From IMG/VR virus record IMGVR_UViG_2541047822_000001, positions 1-40,286 of that record: a stretch of DNA of 40,286 bases; one strand, 5' to 3'. Origin of the DNA: a virus (Duplodnaviria > Heunggongvirae > Uroviricota > Caudoviricetes). Positions 36,260 through 40,286 of this stretch are shown piece after piece. Under the pieces are notes generated by a model. It saw nothing but the letters and a program-made list of their open reading frames with translations, was not told the DNA's origin and made no database searches. The position numbers and the translations under genes were made by a program. Numbering within the stretch: the first letter of the stretch is position 1; every line of letters begins with the position of its first letter.

Positions 36260-36759
36260 TATGCAGCCCTCACGATATAATTAAAGGCAATGTTTCGAGG
36301 CCTGTTCTCACTTGCCGTTGGAACGGAATTAGAAGCATTAAAAGTCACCTGTTTGGCAAATCCCGTTCCGGCGCTATCTCCTGATGCTGAACCAAGATTA
36401 ACCATTTTGAATGCCCCGTTTGCTGCCGCAGAAGGGTTGAACCTCACATCTGTAATGGCACCATTAATATTGCGAATTGCATCTCCTTGTGACGAAAGCA
36501 AGATACGGTTAGTATCTATTCCTCTTCCGTCATCCCAGCCGCGAATAAACTCACCACGTAAATCAGGCAATTTATTTGTCGGATAAGCCTTTGCCAGTTC
36601 CGGGTATTCTTCAGCAGAAAAAGCTGCACCGTTGCATTTCAGCCAGCCTGTCGGCGGAGTGGCGGAAGGCCATGGAACAGGGACACCAACAGGTAATGCC
36701 GAACCTTCTCCCAAACCAACGTTTATGAAAATGCAGAAATAACGAGCAAAAGGCATCAT
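36259..36759 (-). CDS. alternative tail fibre variable C-terminal segment (needs inversion to be expressed)
   Basis: Minus-strand frame encodes a tail-collar-like domain (WLKCNGAAFSAEEYPELAKAYP...LPDLRGEFIRGWDDGRGID); its 5' end carries the inverted crossover site and has no promoter or conserved N-terminus of its own. Confidence 0.7.
   Translation of the reverse strand: MMPFARYFCIFINVGLGEGSALPVGVPVPWPSATPPTGWLKCNGAAFSAEEYPELAKAYPTNKLPDLRGEFIRGWDDGRGIDTNRILLSSQGDAIRNINGAITDVRFNPSAAANGAFKMVNLGSASGDSAGTGFAKQVTFNASNSVPTASENRPRNIAFNYIVRAA
36705..36725. repeat. right crossover site of the invertible segment
   Basis: CTTCTCCCAAACCAACGTTTATG on the + strand is the reverse complement of the left site (perfect 15-mer plus partly matching flank), about 60 bp upstream of the invertase start. 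Confidence 0.6.
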
Positions 36760-36785
36760 TCCTGCTTTTGTCAGGGGGAGCTACC

Positions 36786-36914
36786 ATGCTTATTGGCTAT
36801 GTACGCGTATCAACAAATGACCAGAACACCGATCTACAACGTAATGCGTTGAGCTGTGCAGGATGCGAGCTGATTTTTGAAGACAAGATAAGCGGTACAA
36901 AGTCCGAAACCTAG
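36786..36914 (+). pseudogene. DNA invertase (Gin/Pin/Hin serine recombinase), truncated after 42 codons
   Basis: MLIGYVRVSTNDQNTDLQRNALSCAGCELIFEDKISGTKSET then stop. This is the invertase N-terminus, including the catalytic-Ser region (VRVST), but the remaining ~140 codons are absent; an unrelated AT-rich sequence follows. Confidence 0.8.
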
Positions 36915-36962
36915 GGCTGACACTGCTGTTCTTGTTGCAAATTAAAGGATTTAATAGTGAGT

Positions 36963-36988
36963 AGCGGCCTTACTAATGTAAGGCCGCT
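36963..36988. terminator. hairpin downstream of the GmrSD-like gene
   Basis: Perfect 10-bp stem AGCGGCCTTA / TAAGGCCGCT with loop CTAATG, 22 bp beyond the minus-strand gene's stop; T-rich on the plus side (ATAATCATTTTATT). Confidence 0.45.
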
Positions 36989-37009
36989 ATAATCATTTTA
37001 TTAATTGCA

Positions 37010-38899
37010 TTAATCGTGTTTTGGCCATACTTTCAATGCAATTTCCCCCAACTTTTTACCCCGCTCCAGGATTTCATCCTCATCCCATTTATCCTTAACT
37101 ATAAGTGGAATGTTCAGTCGTAGATTGGTGTGGACGATGAGAGCATCACGTTTTTTCAGAAATACAGCATTCTGAACAGAACGGTTTACGCTAAGGTTAA
37201 GCAAAGTTAGATTTCCCAACGTAGCTATCGCTTGTTGCCGTTTCCTTACCAGTAGCTGCTCAGGGGTAAGATCTGTTCCAGACAGAACAATTTGGTTCAA
37301 TACCGTTGCATCTGAATTTGTCACCATATGACCATTTTCGAGAGGCCAACAGGAATACCAACTTTGAGGCATAAGATGATCGATATCGAGATTGGAAAGA
37401 TTTGGAACATCAGGCTTCTCTGTCTTCACTTGGCGACAAAGTTCTCTTTCAAGTTCCGTTAACATTGAGCGCATTTTCGGTGCGTCGAGCCTGCCAGGAT
37501 AAAGTGGAGCATTGATGCAAGCATTGAGAAATTCTGAGTCACCAGGCCAACGTGAGGCTTCGCCATTTAAGCTATTGAGGATATTACGTAACTCAACACT
37601 GGAAATTTCCGTTTTAGACAAGTGCCGCAATACATTCATAAATACATTGTTGTAATTCTTTGGCGTCAGGCCACATACGGCTCTTCGTACTACGTAGGAG
37701 ACAAGATCATTATACATGGCTGCTTTCTCATCATCGGCGATGTTAGCTATCGAAATGAACAAAGCAAGCGGATAAAGTGTCGTCACATCATAGGCTGCGA
37801 TGCGATGTCCAAAGTGTGAGATGGGGGTTGTGCCAAAACCACCAACCAATTCTTTATATTGTGATGCATATTGTTTGAGGCGCTTTACTTGCAGATCAGC
37901 TCGTTGTGAAGGCAAGTCCTTACTTACATAATCACGATACTCATTGTAAAGACGAGACAGATCAATTTCACGTTGCCTTTCTGATTGCAATGTCGCATGC
38001 ACTAGCCACTCCATGCGTGGTTTATTAATACGTCCACGGCGTTGCCTTTCCGACCAGTATGTATCTTCAAAGCTCTTCCACTCATTTTCATATAATTCAA
38101 TAGCATTAATATTTTCATGCTCAGCGCACATAAAGATGTAGTTGCGAATAAGATCCGTGGCATGAAGTTCCGCCCCTCGGCCATTTAATGTTTCAAAAAT
38201 TATTTGGGCATCATCTTCAGCTTCGAGAAATATGCTTACCAGTTTCAGATCCGTCAAGACAGCCTCAATTAGTGCTACAGCATTTTCATGTGGTGAGTAC
38301 TTTTCTATTTTAATCCATTTTATAAAGGCTTCAGTAAAAAACCATAATGCCTCTAGTGACGGCGGGTGGTTGAAATGTTTACGTAACGTACCATGTTGCG
38401 TGAAGCTATCAGAAAATACATCACGGAGATCGTCAATGTTTTCAACGTTAAAACTTTGAATAAAATGAGTTTGGTCTCGAAAAGTTGGCCACAGTTTGAA
38501 GCATTCTACCTTTTTATTTCGCATAGTTGCTTCGTTTGTATTTTTCAAGCAAGTCAATACTAACCCTTCCAAATCAGAAAGGCCTGTAGCACGCAATGAT
38601 AATCGAATGGATGCCAGAATATATTGAAGAGTGGTTAAACGTTGCTGGCCGTCAATAATATGTATGGTATCTACACCTAACAAGCTGTTTTTGAGTTGAG
38701 GTTCCAGCACCACCGCGCCAAGGAAATGGGGAGTTGGTTTTGTTCCCAAAAGTCGGCTATGTGCTTTTTCGAAGATATCCTCCAGCAAAGCTGACCATTG
38801 GTTTTGTTGCGTCCATACGTAGGCACGTTGATAGAATGGAACACGATATTGTCGTTGATTTTGGAAAAGTTGCTGGATGGTTAGCGTTTCGGATTTCAT
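37010..38899 (-). CDS. GmrSD-family nuclease (DUF262 ParB-like N-domain + DUF1524 His-Me C-domain), likely type IV restriction enzyme
   Basis: 629 aa; N-terminal ...QRQYRVPFYQRAYVWTQQNQW... (DUF262 signature, IDGQQR downstream) and C-terminal ...LSNLDIDHLMPQSW...LGNLTLLNLSVNRS... (DUF1524 signature). Markedly AT-rich; lies between the truncated invertase and IS5. Confidence 0.85.
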   Translation of the reverse strand: MKSETLTIQQLFQNQRQYRVPFYQRAYVWTQQNQWSALLEDIFEKAHSRLLGTKPTPHFLGAVVLEPQLKNSLLGVDTIHIIDGQQRLTTLQYILASIRLSLRATGLSDLEGLVLTCLKNTNEATMRNKKVECFKLWPTFRDQTHFIQSFNVENIDDLRDVFSDSFTQHGTLRKHFNHPPSLEALWFFTEAFIKWIKIEKYSPHENAVALIEAVLTDLKLVSIFLEAEDDAQIIFETLNGRGAELHATDLIRNYIFMCAEHENINAIELYENEWKSFEDTYWSERQRRGRINKPRMEWLVHATLQSERQREIDLSRLYNEYRDYVSKDLPSQRADLQVKRLKQYASQYKELVGGFGTTPISHFGHRIAAYDVTTLYPLALFISIANIADDEKAAMYNDLVSYVVRRAVCGLTPKNYNNVFMNVLRHLSKTEISSVELRNILNSLNGEASRWPGDSEFLNACINAPLYPGRLDAPKMRSMLTELERELCRQVKTEKPDVPNLSNLDIDHLMPQSWYSCWPLENGHMVTNSDATVLNQIVLSGTDLTPEQLLVRKRQQAIATLGNLTLLNLSVNRSVQNAVFLKKRDALIVHTNLRLNIPLIVKDKWDEDEILERGKKLGEIALKVWPKHD

Positions 38900-39237
38900 T
38901 GTTTACCTATAAGTGACATTCCACAAGAGTAAGAAATTCATCTGAGTCAGAATAATCATTTTTATGTAGTCATGATACAGTGTATTTGTTGCTGGTGAAG
39001 TAAAAACGAGAAATCCCGCTTTTGAATGCTGACGTGCTACGGCTTCATTGGATATTCTCTTTTGTCTGTTCTCCATTGCGTCGGTGTTTTGTCGAGATTG
39101 TTAGCACATTGTTTCTGCTGTTTTTTTATCCAAGCGCTGCTAAATCATTGTAGATGGCACTATCGGGTATTGAAGCTGCAGACATGTCGTATACAATAGT
39201 CAGCTACGGCTGGCTGGTGAATTTCCGATAGTGCTAG

Positions 39238-40286
<1,049 letters not shown>

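Noticed and set aside
36259-36759. Alternative tail-fibre segment as a complete stand-alone gene starting at its MM codons
   Set aside because: It lacks the conserved fibre N-terminus and a promoter, and its 5' end contains the inverted crossover site; it is a fusion partner expressed only after inversion.

Overview
This window is the 3' edge of the E. coli-type proA–thrW locus followed by a ~38 kb integrated prophage, apparently entered at the tRNA-Thr gene. The prophage is a composite type: lambdoid regulatory core, HK97-like head module and Mu-like contractile tail module (SfV/e14-like organisation, which I recall but cannot confirm without a search). Layout, left to right: complete proA (1..1254), tRNA-Thr(CGT) (1369..1444), integrase/excisionase and a short leftward early operon (1459..5207), a structured GC-rich non-coding block (4071..4556), an AT-rich accessory gene for a TerB-like/BRCT protein (5410..6300), the cI/cro immunity switch with shared operator motifs (6283..7353), replication and accessory genes (iteron-bearing initiator, Dam-like methyltransferase, LexA-DNA-binding-domain-only protein, RusA, KilA-N, DUF968), a Q-like antiterminator, an AT-rich moron with its own terminator (14131..14772), the lysis cassette, an HNH endonuclease with an apparent ATT start, terminase/portal/protease/capsid, Mu-like tail and baseplate genes, and an invertible tail-fibre segment. 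The right end looks decayed: the major capsid gene has an in-frame amber codon, the DNA invertase is cut to 42 codons, an AT-rich GmrSD-like (DUF262/DUF1524) nuclease gene sits next to it, and a partial IS5 runs off the window end. The best candidates for undescribed biology are the TerB-like/BRCT gene beside cI, the moron between Q and the lysis genes, and the structured non-coding block. All calls come from reading the sequence and ORF translations; no database search was possible, so family names are from motif recognition and remembered sequences.
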